Origin: Macrostomum lignano
Lineage: Eukaryota
NCBI GenBank assembly: GCA_002269645.1
Contig: NIVC01004016.1
Location: 1 to 64,000 of the forward strand
Reading direction: 5' to 3'
Length of the DNA: 64,000 bases
Positions 14,201 through 29,200 of this stretch are shown here, piece by piece. The translations under genes and the position numbers were made by a program. The notes under the pieces are model-generated. The model did no database searches. It saw only the letters and a list, made by a program, of their open reading frames with translations, and had not been told where the DNA came from. Each line of letters begins with the position of its first letter. Position 1 is the first letter of the stretch.

Positions 14201-17200
14201 TAAAAGGAATGCCTGCGGCGCTAAAATGAGTATCTACGGCGCTAAAAGGAATGCCTGCGGCGCTAAAATGAGTATCTACGGCGCTAAAAGGAATGCCTGC
14301 GGCGCTAAAATGAGTATCTACGGCGCTAAAAGGAATGCCTGCGGCGCTAAAATGAGTATCTACGGCGCTAAAAGGAATGCCTGCGGCGCTAAAATGAGTA
14401 TCTACGGCGCTAAAAGGAATGCCTGCGGCGCTAAAATGAGTATCTACGGCGCTAAAAGGAATGCCTGCGGCGCTAAAATGAGTATCTACGGCGCTAAAAG
14501 GAATGCCTGCGGCGCTAAAATGAGTATCTACGGCGCTAAAAGGAATGCCTGCGGCGCTAAAATGAGTATCTACGGCGCTAAAAGGAATGCCTGCGGCGCT
14601 AAAATGAGTATCTACGGCGCTAAAAGGAATGCCTGCGGCGCTAAAATGAGTATCTACGGCGCTAAAAGGAATGCCTGCGGCGCTAAAATGAGTATCTACG
14701 GCGCTAAAAGGAATGCCTGCGGCGCTAAAATGAGTATCTACGGCGCTAAAAGGAATGCCTGCGGCGCTAAAATGAGTATCTACGGCGCTAAAAGGAATGC
14801 CTGCGGCGCTAAAATGAGTATCTACGGCGCTAAAAGGAATGCCTGCGGCGCTAAAATGAGTATCTACGGCGCTAAAAGGAATGCCTGCGGCGCTAAAATG
14901 AGTATCTACGGCGCTAAAAGGAATGCCTGCGGCGCTAAAATGAGTATCTACGGCGCTAAAAGGAATGCCTGCGGCGCTAAAATGAGTATCTACGGCGCTA
15001 AAAGGAATGCCTGCGGCGCTAAAATGAGTATCTACGGCGCTAAAAGGAATGCCTGCGGCGCTAAAATGAGTATCTACGGCGCTAAAAGGAATGCCTGCGG
15101 CGCTAAAATGAGTATCTACGGCGCTAAAAGGAATGCCTGCGGCGCTAAAATGAGTATCTACGGCGCTAAAAGGAATGCCTGCGGCGCTAAAATGAGTATC
15201 TACGGCGCTAAAAGGAATGCCTGCGGCGCTAAAATGAGTATCTACGGCGCTAAAAGGAATGCCTGCGGCGCTAAAATGAGTATCTACGGCGCTAAAAGGA
15301 ATGCCTGCGGCGCTAAAATGAGTATCTACGGCGCTAAAAGGAATGCCTGCGGCGCTAAAATGAGTATCTACGGCGCTAAAAGGAATGCCTGCGGCGCTAA
15401 AATGAGTATCTACGGCGCTAAAAGGAATGCCTGCGGCGCTAAAATGAGTATCTACGGCGCTAAAAGGAATGCCTGCGGCGCTAAAATGAGTATCTACGGC
15501 GCTAAAAGGAATGCCTGCGGCGCTAAAATGAGTATCTACGGCGCTAAAAGGAATGCCTGCGGCGCTAAAATGAGTATCTACGGCGCTAAAAGGAATGCCT
15601 GCGGCGCTAAAATGAGTATCTACGGCGCTAAAAGGAATGCCTGCGGCGCTAAAATGAGTATCTACGGCGCTAAAAGGAATGCCTGCGGCGCTAAAATGAG
15701 TATCTACGGCGCTAAAAGGAATGCCTGCGGCGCTAAAATGAGTATCTACGGCGCTAAAAGGAATGCCTGCGGCGCTAAAATGAGTATCTACGGCGCTAAA
15801 AGGAATGCCTGCGGCGCTAAAATGAGTATCTACGGCGCTAAAAGGAATGCCTGCGGCGCTAAAATGAGTATCTACGGCGCTAAAAGGAATGCCTGCGGCG
15901 CTAAAATGAGTATCTACGGCGCTAAAAGGAATGCCTGCGGCGCTAAAATGAGTATCTACGGCGCTAAAAGGAATGCCTGCGGCGCTAAAATGAGTATCTA
16001 CGGCGCTAAAAGGAATGCCTGCGGCGCTAAAATGAGTATCTACGGCGCTAAAAGGAATGCCTGCGGCGCTAAAATGAGTATCTACGGCGCTAAAAGGAAT
16101 GCCTGCGGCGCTAAAATGAGTATCTACGGCGCTAAAAGGAATGCCTGCGGCGCTAAAATGAGTATCTACGGCGCTAAAAGGAATGCCTGCGGCGCTAAAA
16201 TGAGTATCTACGGCGCTAAAAGGAATGCCTGCGGCGCTAAAATGAGTATCTACGGCGCTAAAAGGAATGCCTGCGGCGCTAAAATGAGTATCTACGGCGC
16301 TAAAAGGAATGCCTGCGGCGCTAAAATGAGTATCTACGGCGCTAAAAGGAATGCCTGCGGCGCTAAAATGAGTATCTACGGCGCTAAAAGGAATGCCTGC
16401 GGCGCTAAAATGAGTATCTACGGCGCTAAAAGGAATGCCTGCGGCGCTAAAATGAGTATCTACGGCGCTAAAAGGAATGCCTGCGGCGCTAAAATGAGTA
16501 TCTACGGCGCTAAAAGGAATGCCTGCGGCGCTAAAATGAGTATCTACGGCGCTAAAAGGAATGCCTGCGGCGCTAAAATGAGTATCTACGGCGCTAAAAG
16601 GAATGCCTGCGGCGCTAAAATGAGTATCTACGGCGCTAAAAGGAATGCCTGCGGCGCTAAAATGAGTATCTACGGCGCTAAAAGGAATGCCTGCGGCGCT
16701 AAAATGAGTATCTACGGCGCTAAAAGGAATGCCTGCGGCGCTAAAATGAGTATCTACGGCGCTAAAAGGAATGCCTGCGGCGCTAAAATGAGTATCTACG
16801 GCGCTAAAAGGAATGCCTGCGGCGCTAAAATGAGTATCTACGGCGCTAAAAGGAATGCCTGCGGCGCTAAAATGAGTATCTACGGCGCTAAAAGGAATGC
16901 CTGCGGCGCTAAAATGAGTATCTACGGCGCTAAAAGGAATGCCTGCGGCGCTAAAATGAGTATCTACGGCGCTAAAAGGAATGCCTGCGGCGCTAAAATG
17001 AGTATCTACGGCGCTAAAAGGAATGCCTGCGGCGCTAAAATGAGTATCTACGGCGCTAAAAGGAATGCCTGCGGCGCTAAAATGAGTATCTACGGCGCTA
17101 AAAGGAATGCCTGCGGCGCTAAAATGAGTATCTACGGCGCTAAAAGGAATGCCTGCGGCGCTAAAATGAGTATCTACGGCGCTAAAAGGAATGCCTGCGG

Positions 17201-20200
17201 CGCTAAAATGAGTATCTACGGCGCTAAAAGGAATGCCTGCGGCGCTAAAATGAGTATCTACGGCGCTAAAAGGAATGCCTGCGGCGCTAAAATGAGTATC
17301 TACGGCGCTAAAAGGAATGCCTGCGGCGCTAAAATGAGTATCTACGGCGCTAAAAGGAATGCCTGCGGCGCTAAAATGAGTATCTACGGCGCTAAAAGGA
17401 ATGCCTGCGGCGCTAAAATGAGTATCTACGGCGCTAAAAGGAATGCCTGCGGCGCTAAAATGAGTATCTACGGCGCTAAAAGGAATGCCTGCGGCGCTAA
17501 AATGAGTATCTACGGCGCTAAAAGGAATGCCTGCGGCGCTAAAATGAGTATCTACGGCGCTAAAAGGAATGCCTGCGGCGCTAAAATGAGTATCTACGGC
17601 GCTAAAAGGAATGCCTGCGGCGCTAAAATGAGTATCTACGGCGCTAAAAGGAATGCCTGCGGCGCTAAAATGAGTATCTACGGCGCTAAAAGGAATGCCT
17701 GCGGCGCTAAAATGAGTATCTACGGCGCTAAAAGGAATGCCTGCGGCGCTAAAATGAGTATCTACGGCGCTAAAAGGAATGCCTGCGGCGCTAAAATGAG
17801 TATCTACGGCGCTAAAAGGAATGCCTGCGGCGCTAAAATGAGTATCTACGGCGCTAAAAGGAATGCCTGCGGCGCTAAAATGAGTATCTACGGCGCTAAA
17901 AGGAATGCCTGCGGCGCTAAAATGAGTATCTACGGCGCTAAAAGGAATGCCTGCGGCGCTAAAATGAGTATCTACGGCGCTAAAAGGAATGCCTGCGGCG
18001 CTAAAATGAGTATCTACGGCGCTAAAAGGAATGCCTGCGGCGCTAAAATGAGTATCTACGGCGCTAAAAGGAATGCCTGCGGCGCTAAAATGAGTATCTA
18101 CGGCGCTAAAAGGAATGCCTGCGGCGCTAAAATGAGTATCTACGGCGCTAAAAGGAATGCCTGCGGCGCTAAAATGAGTATCTACGGCGCTAAAAGGAAT
18201 GCCTGCGGCGCTAAAATGAGTATCTACGGCGCTAAAAGGAATGCCTGCGGCGCTAAAATGAGTATCTACGGCGCTAAAAGGAATGCCTGCGGCGCTAAAA
18301 TGAGTATCTACGGCGCTAAAAGGAATGCCTGCGGCGCTAAAATGAGTATCTACGGCGCTAAAAGGAATGCCTGCGGCGCTAAAATGAGTATCTACGGCGC
18401 TAAAAGGAATGCCTGCGGCGCTAAAATGAGTATCTACGGCGCTAAAAGGAATGCCTGCGGCGCTAAAATGAGTATCTACGGCGCTAAAAGGAATGCCTGC
18501 GGCGCTAAAATGAGTATCTACGGCGCTAAAAGGAATGCCTGCGGCGCTAAAATGAGTATCTACGGCGCTAAAAGGAATGCCTGCGGCGCTAAAATGAGTA
18601 TCTACGGCGCTAAAAGGAATGCCTGCGGCGCTAAAATGAGTATCTACGGCGCTAAAAGGAATGCCTGCGGCGCTAAAATGAGTATCTACGGCGCTAAAAG
18701 GAATGCCTGCGGCGCTAAAATGAGTATCTACGGCGCTAAAAGGAATGCCTGCGGCGCTAAAATGAGTATCTACGGCGCTAAAAGGAATGCCTGCGGCGCT
18801 AAAATGAGTATCTACGGCGCTAAAAGGAATGCCTGCGGCGCTAAAATGAGTATCTACGGCGCTAAAAGGAATGCCTGCGGCGCTAAAATGAGTATCTACG
18901 GCGCTAAAAGGAATGCCTGCGGCGCTAAAATGAGTATCTACGGCGCTAAAAGGAATGCCTGCGGCGCTAAAATGAGTATCTACGGCGCTAAAAGGAATGC
19001 CTGCGGCGCTAAAATGAGTATCTACGGCGCTAAAAGGAATGCCTGCGGCGCTAAAATGAGTATCTACGGCGCTAAAAGGAATGCCTGCGGCGCTAAAATG
19101 AGTATCTACGGCGCTAAAAGGAATGCCTGCGGCGCTAAAATGAGTATCTACGGCGCTAAAAGGAATGCCTGCGGCGCTAAAATGAGTATCTACGGCGCTA
19201 AAAGGAATGCCTGCGGCGCTAAAATGAGTATCTACGGCGCTAAAAGGAATGCCTGCGGCGCTAAAATGAGTATCTACGGCGCTAAAAGGAATGCCTGCGG
19301 CGCTAAAATGAGTATCTACGGCGCTAAAAGGAATGCCTGCGGCGCTAAAATGAGTATCTACGGCGCTAAAAGGAATGCCTGCGGCGCTAAAATGAGTATC
19401 TACGGCGCTAAAAGGAATGCCTGCGGCGCTAAAATGAGTATCTACGGCGCTAAAAGGAATGCCTGCGGCGCTAAAATGAGTATCTACGGCGCTAAAAGGA
19501 ATGCCTGCGGCGCTAAAATGAGTATCTACGGCGCTAAAAGGAATGCCTGCGGCGCTAAAATGAGTATCTACGGCGCTAAAAGGAATGCCTGCGGCGCTAA
19601 AATGAGTATCTACGGCGCTAAAAGGAATGCCTGCGGCGCTAAAATGAGTATCTACGGCGCTAAAAGGAATGCCTGCGGCGCTAAAATGAGTATCTACGGC
19701 GCTAAAAGGAATGCCTGCGGCGCTAAAATGAGTATCTACGGCGCTAAAAGGAATGCCTGCGGCGCTAAAATGAGTATCTACGGCGCTAAAAGGAATGCCT
19801 GCGGCGCTAAAATGAGTATCTACGGCGCTAAAAGGAATGCCTGCGGCGCTAAAATGAGTATCTACGGCGCTAAAAGGAATGCCTGCGGCGCTAAAATGAG
19901 TATCTACGGCGCTAAAAGGAATGCCTGCGGCGCTAAAATGAGTATCTACGGCGCTAAAAGGAATGCCTGCGGCGCTAAAATGAGTATCTACGGCGCTAAA
20001 AGGAATGCCTGCGGCGCTAAAATGAGTATCTACGGCGCTAAAAGGAATGCCTGCGGCGCTAAAATGAGTATCTACGGCGCTAAAAGGAATGCCTGCGGCG
20101 CTAAAATGAGTATCTACGGCGCTAAAAGGAATGCCTGCGGCGCTAAAATGAGTATCTACGGCGCTAAAAGGAATGCCTGCGGCGCTAAAATGAGTATCTA

Positions 20201-23200
20201 CGGCGCTAAAAGGAATGCCTGCGGCGCTAAAATGAGTATCTACGGCGCTAAAAGGAATGCCTGCGGCGCTAAAATGAGTATCTACGGCGCTAAAAGGAAT
20301 GCCTGCGGCGCTAAAATGAGTATCTACGGCGCTAAAAGGAATGCCTGCGGCGCTAAAATGAGTATCTACGGCGCTAAAAGGAATGCCTGCGGCGCTAAAA
20401 TGAGTATCTACGGCGCTAAAAGGAATGCCTGCGGCGCTAAAATGAGTATCTACGGCGCTAAAAGGAATGCCTGCGGCGCTAAAATGAGTATCTACGGCGC
20501 TAAAAGGAATGCCTGCGGCGCTAAAATGAGTATCTACGGCGCTAAAAGGAATGCCTGCGGCGCTAAAATGAGTATCTACGGCGCTAAAAGGAATGCCTGC
20601 GGCGCTAAAATGAGTATCTACGGCGCTAAAAGGAATGCCTGCGGCGCTAAAATGAGTATCTACGGCGCTAAAAGGAATGCCTGCGGCGCTAAAATGAGTA
20701 TCTACGGCGCTAAAAGGAATGCCTGCGGCGCTAAAATGAGTATCTACGGCGCTAAAAGGAATGCCTGCGGCGCTAAAATGAGTATCTACGGCGCTAAAAG
20801 GAATGCCTGCGGCGCTAAAATGAGTATCTACGGCGCTAAAAGGAATGCCTGCGGCGCTAAAATGAGTATCTACGGCGCTAAAAGGAATGCCTGCGGCGCT
20901 AAAATGAGTATCTACGGCGCTAAAAGGAATGCCTGCGGCGCTAAAATGAGTATCTACGGCGCTAAAAGGAATGCCTGCGGCGCTAAAATGAGTATCTACG
21001 GCGCTAAAAGGAATGCCTGCGGCGCTAAAATGAGTATCTACGGCGCTAAAAGGAATGCCTGCGGCGCTAAAATGAGTATCTACGGCGCTAAAAGGAATGC
21101 CTGCGGCGCTAAAAGGAATGCCTGCGGCGCTAAAATGAGTATCTACGGCGCTAAAAGGAATGCCTGCGGCGCTAAAATGAGTATCTACGGCGCTAAAAGG
21201 AATGCCTGCGGCGCTAAAATGAGTATCTACGGCGCTAAAAGGAATGCCTGCGGCGCTAAAATGAGTATCTACGGCGCTAAAAGGAATGCCTGCGGCGCTA
21301 AAATGAGTATCTACGGCGCTAAAAGGAATGCCTGCGGCGCTAAAATGAGTATCTACGGCGCTAAAAGGAATGCCTGCGGCGCTAAAATGAGTATCTACGG
21401 CGCTAAAAGGAATGCCTGCGGCGCTAAAATGAGTATCTACGGCGCTAAAAGGAATGCCTGCGGCGCTAAAATGAGTATCTACGGCGCTAAAAGGAATGCC
21501 TGCGGCGCTAAAATGAGTATCTACGGCGCTAAAAGGAATGCCTGCGGCGCTAAAATGAGTATCTACGGCGCTAAAAGGAATGCCTGCGGCGCTAAAATGA
21601 GTATCTACGGCGCTAAAAGGAATGCCTGCGGCGCTAAAATGAGTATCTACGGCGCTAAAAGGAATGCCTGCGGCGCTAAAATGAGTATCTACGGCGCTAA
21701 AAGGAATGCCTGCGGCGCTAAAATGAGTATCTACGGCGCTAAAAGGAATGCCTGCGGCGCTAAAATGAGTATCTACGGCGCTAAAAGGAATGCCTGCGGC
21801 GCTAAAATGAGTATCTACGGCGCTAAAAGGAATGCCTGCGGCGCTAAAATGAGTATCTACGGCGCTAAAAGGAATGCCTGCGGCGCTAAAATGAGTATCT
21901 ACGGCGCTAAAAGGAATGCCTGCGGCGCTAAAATGAGTATCTACGGCGCTAAAAGGAATGCCTGCGGCGCTAAAATGAGTATCTACGGCGCTAAAAGGAA
22001 TGCCTGCGGCGCTAAAATGAGTATCTACGGCGCTAAAAGGAATGCCTGCGGCGCTAAAATGAGTATCTACGGCGCTAAAAGGAATGCCTGCGGCGCTAAA
22101 ATGAGTATCTACGGCGCTAAAAGGAATGCCTGCGGCGCTAAAATGAGTATCTACGGCGCTAAAAGGAATGCCTGCGGCGCTAAAATGAGTATCTACGGCG
22201 CTAAAAGGAATGCCTGCGGCGCTAAAATGAGTATCTACGGCGCTAAAAGGAATGCCTGCGGCGCTAAAATGAGTATCTACGGCGCTAAAAGGAATGCCTG
22301 CGGCGCTAAAATGAGTATCTACGGCGCTAAAAGGAATGCCTGCGGCGCTAAAATGAGTATCTACGGCGCTAAAAGGAATGCCTGCGGCGCTAAAATGAGT
22401 ATCTACGGCGCTAAAAGGAATGCCTGCGGCGCTAAAATGAGTATCTACGGCGCTAAAAGGAATGCCTGCGGCGCTAAAATGAGTATCTACGGCGCTAAAA
22501 GGAATGCCTGCGGCGCTAAAATGAGTATCTACGGCGCTAAAAGGAATGCCTGCGGCGCTAAAATGAGTATCTACGGCGCTAAAAGGAATGCCTGCGGCGC
22601 TAAAATGAGTATCTACGGCGCTAAAAGGAATGCCTGCGGCGCTAAAATGAGTATCTACGGCGCTAAAAGGAATGCCTGCGGCGCTAAAATGAGTATCTAC
22701 GGCGCTAAAAGGAATGCCTGCGGCGCTAAAATGAGTATCTACGGCGCTAAAAGGAATGCCTGCGGCGCTAAAATGAGTATCTACGGCGCTAAAAGGAATG
22801 CCTGCGGCGCTAAAATGAGTATCTACGGCGCTAAAAGGAATGCCTGCGGCGCTAAAATGAGTATCTACGGCGCTAAAAGGAATGCCTGCGGCGCTAAAAT
22901 GAGTATCTACGGCGCTAAAAGGAATGCCTGCGGCGCTAAAATGAGTATCTACGGCGCTAAAAGGAATGCCTGCGGCGCTAAAATGAGTATCTACGGCGCT
23001 AAAAGGAATGCCTGCGGCGCTAAAATGAGTATCTACGGCGCTAAAAGGAATGCCTGCGGCGCTAAAATGAGTATCTACGGCGCTAAAAGGAATGCCTGCG
23101 GCGCTAAAATGAGTATCTACGGCGCTAAAAGGAATGCCTGCGGCGCTAAAATGAGTATCTACGGCGCTAAAAGGAATGCCTGCGGCGCTAAAATGAGTAT

Positions 23201-26200
23201 CTACGGCGCTAAAAGGAATGCCTGCGGCGCTAAAATGAGTATCTACGGCGCTAAAAGGAATGCCTGCGGCGCTAAAATGAGTATCTACGGCGCTAAAAGG
23301 AATGCCTGCGGCGCTAAAATGAGTATCTACGGCGCTAAAAGGAATGCCTGCGGCGCTAAAATGAGTATCTACGGCGCTAAAAGGAATGCCTGCGGCGCTA
23401 AAATGAGTATCTACGGCGCTAAAAGGAATGCCTGCGGCGCTAAAATGAGTATCTACGGCGCTAAAAGGAATGCCTGCGGCGCTAAAATGAGTATCTACGG
23501 CGCTAAAAGGAATGCCTGCGGCGCTAAAATGAGTATCTACGGCGCTAAAAGGAATGCCTGCGGCGCTAAAATGAGTATCTACGGCGCTAAAAGGAATGCC
23601 TGCGGCGCTAAAATGAGTATCTACGGCGCTAAAAGGAATGCCTGCGGCGCTAAAATGAGTATCTACGGCGCTAAAAGGAATGCCTGCGGCGCTAAAATGA
23701 GTATCTACGGCGCTAAAAGGAATGCCTGCGGCGCTAAAATGAGTATCTACGGCGCTAAAAGGAATGCCTGCGGCGCTAAAATGAGTATCTACGGCGCTAA
23801 AAGGAATGCCTGCGGCGCTAAAATGAGTATCTACGGCGCTAAAAGGAATGCCTGCGGCGCTAAAATGAGTATCTACGGCGCTAAAAGGAATGCCTGCGGC
23901 GCTAAAATGAGTATCTACGGCGCTAAAAGGAATGCCTGCGGCGCTAAAATGAGTATCTACGGCGCTAAAAGGAATGCCTGCGGCGCTAAAATGAGTATCT
24001 ACGGCGCTAAAAGGAATGCCTGCGGCGCTAAAATGAGTATCTACGGCGCTAAAAGGAATGCCTGCGGCGCTAAAATGAGTATCTACGGCGCTAAAAGGAA
24101 TGCCTGCGGCGCTAAAATGAGTATCTACGGCGCTAAAAGGAATGCCTGCGGCGCTAAAATGAGTATCTACGGCGCTAAAAGGAATGCCTGCGGCGCTAAA
24201 ATGAGTATCTACGGCGCTAAAAGGAATGCCTGCGGCGCTAAAATGAGTATCTACGGCGCTAAAAGGAATGCCTGCGGCGCTAAAATGAGTATCTACGGCG
24301 CTAAAAGGAATGCCTGCGGCGCTAAAATGAGTATCTACGGCGCTAAAAGGAATGCCTGCGGCGCTAAAATGAGTATCTACGGCGCTAAAAGGAATGCCTG
24401 CGGCGCTAAAATGAGTATCTACGGCGCTAAAAGGAATGCCTGCGGCGCTAAAATGAGTATCTACGGCGCTAAAAGGAATGCCTGCGGCGCTAAAATGAGT
24501 ATCTACGGCGCTAAAAGGAATGCCTGCGGCGCTAAAATGAGTATCTACGGCGCTAAAAGGAATGCCTGCGGCGCTAAAATGAGTATCTACGGCGCTAAAA
24601 GGAATGCCTGCGGCGCTAAAATGAGTATCTACGGCGCTAAAAGGAATGCCTGCGGCGCTAAAATGAGTATCTACGGCGCTAAAAGGAATGCCTGCGGCGC
24701 TAAAATGAGTATCTACGGCGCTAAAAGGAATGCCTGCGGCGCTAAAATGAGTATCTACGGCGCTAAAAGGAATGCCTGCGGCGCTAAAATGAGTATCTAC
24801 GGCGCTAAAAGGAATGCCTGCGGCGCTAAAATGAGTATCTACGGCGCTAAAAGGAATGCCTGCGGCGCTAAAATGAGTATCTACGGCGCTAAAAGGAATG
24901 CCTGCGGCGCTAAAATGAGTATCTACGGCGCTAAAAGGAATGCCTGCGGCGCTAAAATGAGTATCTACGGCGCTAAAAGGAATGCCTGCGGCGCTAAAAT
25001 GAGTATCTACGGCGCTAAAAGGAATGCCTGCGGCGCTAAAATGAGTATCTACGGCGCTAAAAGGAATGCCTGCGGCGCTAAAATGAGTATCTACGGCGCT
25101 AAAAGGAATGCCTGCGGCGCTAAAATGAGTATCTACGGCGCTAAAAGGAATGCCTGCGGCGCTAAAATGAGTATCTACGGCGCTAAAAGGAATGCCTGCG
25201 GCGCTAAAATGAGTATCTACGGCGCTAAAAGGAATGCCTGCGGCGCTAAAATGAGTATCTACGGCGCTAAAAGGAATGCCTGCGGCGCTAAAATGAGTAT
25301 CTACGGCGCTAAAAGGAATGCCTGCGGCGCTAAAATGAGTATCTACGGCGCTAAAAGGAATGCCTGCGGCGCTAAAATGAGTATCTACGGCGCTAAAAGG
25401 AATGCCTGCGGCGCTAAAATGAGTATCTACGGCGCTAAAAGGAATGCCTGCGGCGCTAAAATGAGTATCTACGGCGCTAAAAGGAATGCCTGCGGCGCTA
25501 AAATGAGTATCTACGGCGCTAAAAGGAATGCCTGCGGCGCTAAAATGAGTATCTACGGCGCTAAAAGGAATGCCTGCGGCGCTAAAATGAGTATCTACGG
25601 CGCTAAAAGGAACGGCGCTAAAAGCCTGCGGCGCTAAAATGAGTATCTACGGCGCTAAAAGGAATGCCTGCGGCGCTAAAATGAGTATCTACGGCGCTAA
25701 AAGGAATGCCTGCGGCGCTAAAATGAGTATCTACGGCGCTAAAAGGAATGCCTGCGGCGCTAAAATGAGTATCTACGGCGCTAAAAGGAATGCCTGCGGC
25801 GCTAAAATGAGTATCTACGGCGCTAAAAGGAATGCCTGCGGCGCTAAAATGAGTATCTACGGCGCTAAAAGGAATGCCTGCGGCGCTAAAATGAGTATCT
25901 ACGGCGCTAAAAGGAATGCCTGCGGCGCTAAAATGAGTATCTACGGCGCTAAAATGAGTATCTACGGCGCTAAAAGGAATGCCTGCGGCGCTAAAATGAG
26001 TATCTACGGCGCTAAAAGGAATGCCTGCGGCGCTAAAATGAGTATCTACGGCGCTAAAAGGAATGCCTGCGGCGCTAAAATGAGTATCTACGGCGCTAAA
26101 AGGAATGCCTGCGGCGCTAAAATGAGTATCTACGGCGCTAAAAGGAATGCCTGCGGCGCTAAAATGAGTATCTACGGCGCTAAAAGGAATGCCTGCGGCG

Positions 26201-29200
26201 CTAAAATGAGTATCTACGGCGCTAAAAGGAATGCCTGCGGCGCTAAAATGAGTATCTACGGCGCTAAAAGGAATGCCTGCGGCGCTAAAATGAGTATCTA
26301 CGGCGCTAAAAGGAATGCCTGCGGCGCTAAAATGAGTATCTACGGCGCTAAAAGGAATGCCTGCGGCGCTAAAATGAGTATCTACGGCGCTAAAAGGAAT
26401 GCCTGCGGCGCTAAAATGAGTATCTACGGCGCTAAAAGGAATGCCTGCGGCGCTAAAATGAGTATCTACGGCGCTAAAAGGAATGCCTGCGGCGCTAAAA
26501 TGAGTATCTACGGCGCTAAAAGGAATGCCTGCGGCGCTAAAATGAGTATCTACGGCGCTAAAAGGAATGCCTGCGGCGCTAAAATGAGTATCTACGGCGC
26601 TAAAAGGAATGCCTGCGGCGCTAAAATGAGTATCTACGGCGCTAAAAGGAATGCCTGCGGCGCTAAAATGAGTATCTACGGCGCTAAAAGGAATGCCTGC
26701 GGCGCTAAAATGAGTATCTACGGCGCTAAAAGGAATGCCTGCGGCGCTAAAATGAGTATCTACGGCGCTAAAAGGAATGCCTGCGGCGCTAAAATGAGTA
26801 TCTACGGCGCTAAAAGGAATGCCTGCGGCGCTAAAATGAGTATCTACGGCGCTAAAAGGAATGCCTGCGGCGCTAAAATGAGTATCTACGGCGCTAAAAG
26901 GAATGCCTGCGGCGCTAAAATGAGTATCTACGGCGCTAAAAGGAATGCCTGCGGCGCTAAAATGAGTATCTACGGCGCTAAAAGGAATGCCTGCGGCGCT
27001 AAAATGAGTATCTACGGCGCTAAAAGGAATGCCTGCGGCGCTAAAATGAGTATCTACGGCGCTAAAAGGAATGCCTGCGGCGCTAAAATGAGTATCTACG
27101 GCGCTAAAAGGAATGCCTGCGGCGCTAAAATGAGTATCTACGGCGCTAAAAGGAATGCCTGCGGCGCTAAAATGAGTATCTACGGCGCTAAAAGGAATGC
27201 CTGCGGCGCTAAAATGAGTATCTACGGCGCTAAAAGGAATGCCTGCGGCGCTAAAATGAGTATCTACGGCGCTAAAAGGAATGCCTGCGGCGCTAAAATG
27301 AGTATCTACGGCGCTAAAAGGAATGCCTGCGGCGCTAAAATGAGTATCTACGGCGCTAAAAGGAATGCCTGCGGCGCTAAAATGAGTATCTACGGCGCTA
27401 AAAGGAATGCCTGCGGCGCTAAAATGAGTATCTACGGCGCTAAAAGGAATGCCTGCGGCGCTAAAATGAGTATCTACGGCGCTAAAAGGAATGCCTGCGG
27501 CGCTAAAATGAGTATCTACGGCGCTAAAAGGAATGCCTGCGGCGCTAAAATGAGTATCTACGGCGCTAAAAGGAATGCCTGCGGCGCTAAAATGAGTATC
27601 TACGGCGCTAAAAGGAATGCCTGCGGCGCTAAAATGAGTATCTACGGCGCTAAAAGGAATGCCTGCGGCGCTAAAATGAGTATCTACGGCGCTAAAAGGA
27701 ATGCCTGCGGCGCTAAAATGAGTATCTACGGCGCTAAAAGGAATGCCTGCGGCGCTAAAATGAGTATCTACGGCGCTAAAAGGAATGCCTGCGGCGCTAA
27801 AATGAGTATCTACGGCGCTAAAAGGAATGCCTGCGGCGCTAAAATGAGTATCTACGGCGCTAAAAGGAATGCCTGCGGCGCTAAAATGAGTATCTACGGC
27901 GCTAAAAGGAATGCCTGCGGCGCTAAAATGAGTATCTACGGCGCTAAAAGGAATGCCTGCGGCGCTAAAATGAGTATCTACGGCGCTAAAAGGAATGCCT
28001 GCGGCGCTAAAATGAGTATCTACGGCGCTAAAAGGAATGCCTGCGGCGCTAAAATGAGTATCTACGGCGCTAAAAGGAATGCCTGCGGCGCTAAAATGAG
28101 TATCTACGGCGCTAAAAGGAATGCCTGCGGCGCTAAAATGAGTATCTACGGCGCTAAAAGGAATGCCTGCGGCGCTAAAATGAGTATCTACGGCGCTAAA
28201 AGGAATGCCTGCGGCGCTAAAATGAGTATCTACGGCGCTAAAAGGAATGCCTGCGGCGCTAAAATGAGTATCTACGGCGCTAAAAGGAATGCCTGCGGCG
28301 CTAAAATGAGTATCTACGGCGCTAAAAGGAATGCCTGCGGCGCTAAAATGAGTATCTACGGCGCTAAAAGGAATGCCTGCGGCGCTAAAATGAGTATCTA
28401 CGGCGCTAAAAGGAATGCCTGCGGCGCTAAAATGAGTATCTACGGCGCTAAAAGGAATGCCTGCGGCGCTAAAATGAGTATCTACGGCGCTAAAAGGAAT
28501 GCCTGCGGCGCTAAAATGAGTATCTACGGCGCTAAAAGGAATGCCTGCGGCGCTAAAATGAGTATCTACGGCGCTAAAAGGAATGCCTGCGGCGCTAAAA
28601 TGAGTATCTACGGCGCTAAAAGGAATGCCTGCGGCGCTAAAATGAGTATCTACGGCGCTAAAAGGAATGCCTGCGGCGCTAAAATGAGTATCTACGGCGC
28701 TAAAAGGAATGCCTGCGGCGCTAAAATGAGTATCTACGGCGCTAAAAGGAATGCCTGCGGCGCTAAAATGAGTATCTACGGCGCTAAAAGGAATGCCTGC
28801 GGCGCTAAAATGAGTATCTACGGCGCTAAAAGGAATGCCTGCGGCGCTAAAATGAGTATCTACGGCGCTAAAAGGAATGCCTGCGGCGCTAAAATGAGTA
28901 TCTACGGCGCTAAAAGGAATGCCTGCGGCGCTAAAATGAGTATCTACGGCGCTAAAAGGAATGCCTGCGGCGCTAAAATGAGTATCTACGGCGCTAAAAG
29001 GAATGCCTGCGGCGCTAAAATGAGTATCTACGGCGCTAAAAGGAATGCCTGCGGCGCTAAAATGAGTATCTACGGCGCTAAAAGGAATGCCTGCGGCGCT
29101 AAAATGAGTATCTACGGCGCTAAAAGGAATGCCTGCGGCGCTAAAATGAGTATCTACGGCGCTAAAAGGAATGCCTGCGGCGCTAAAATGAGTATCTACG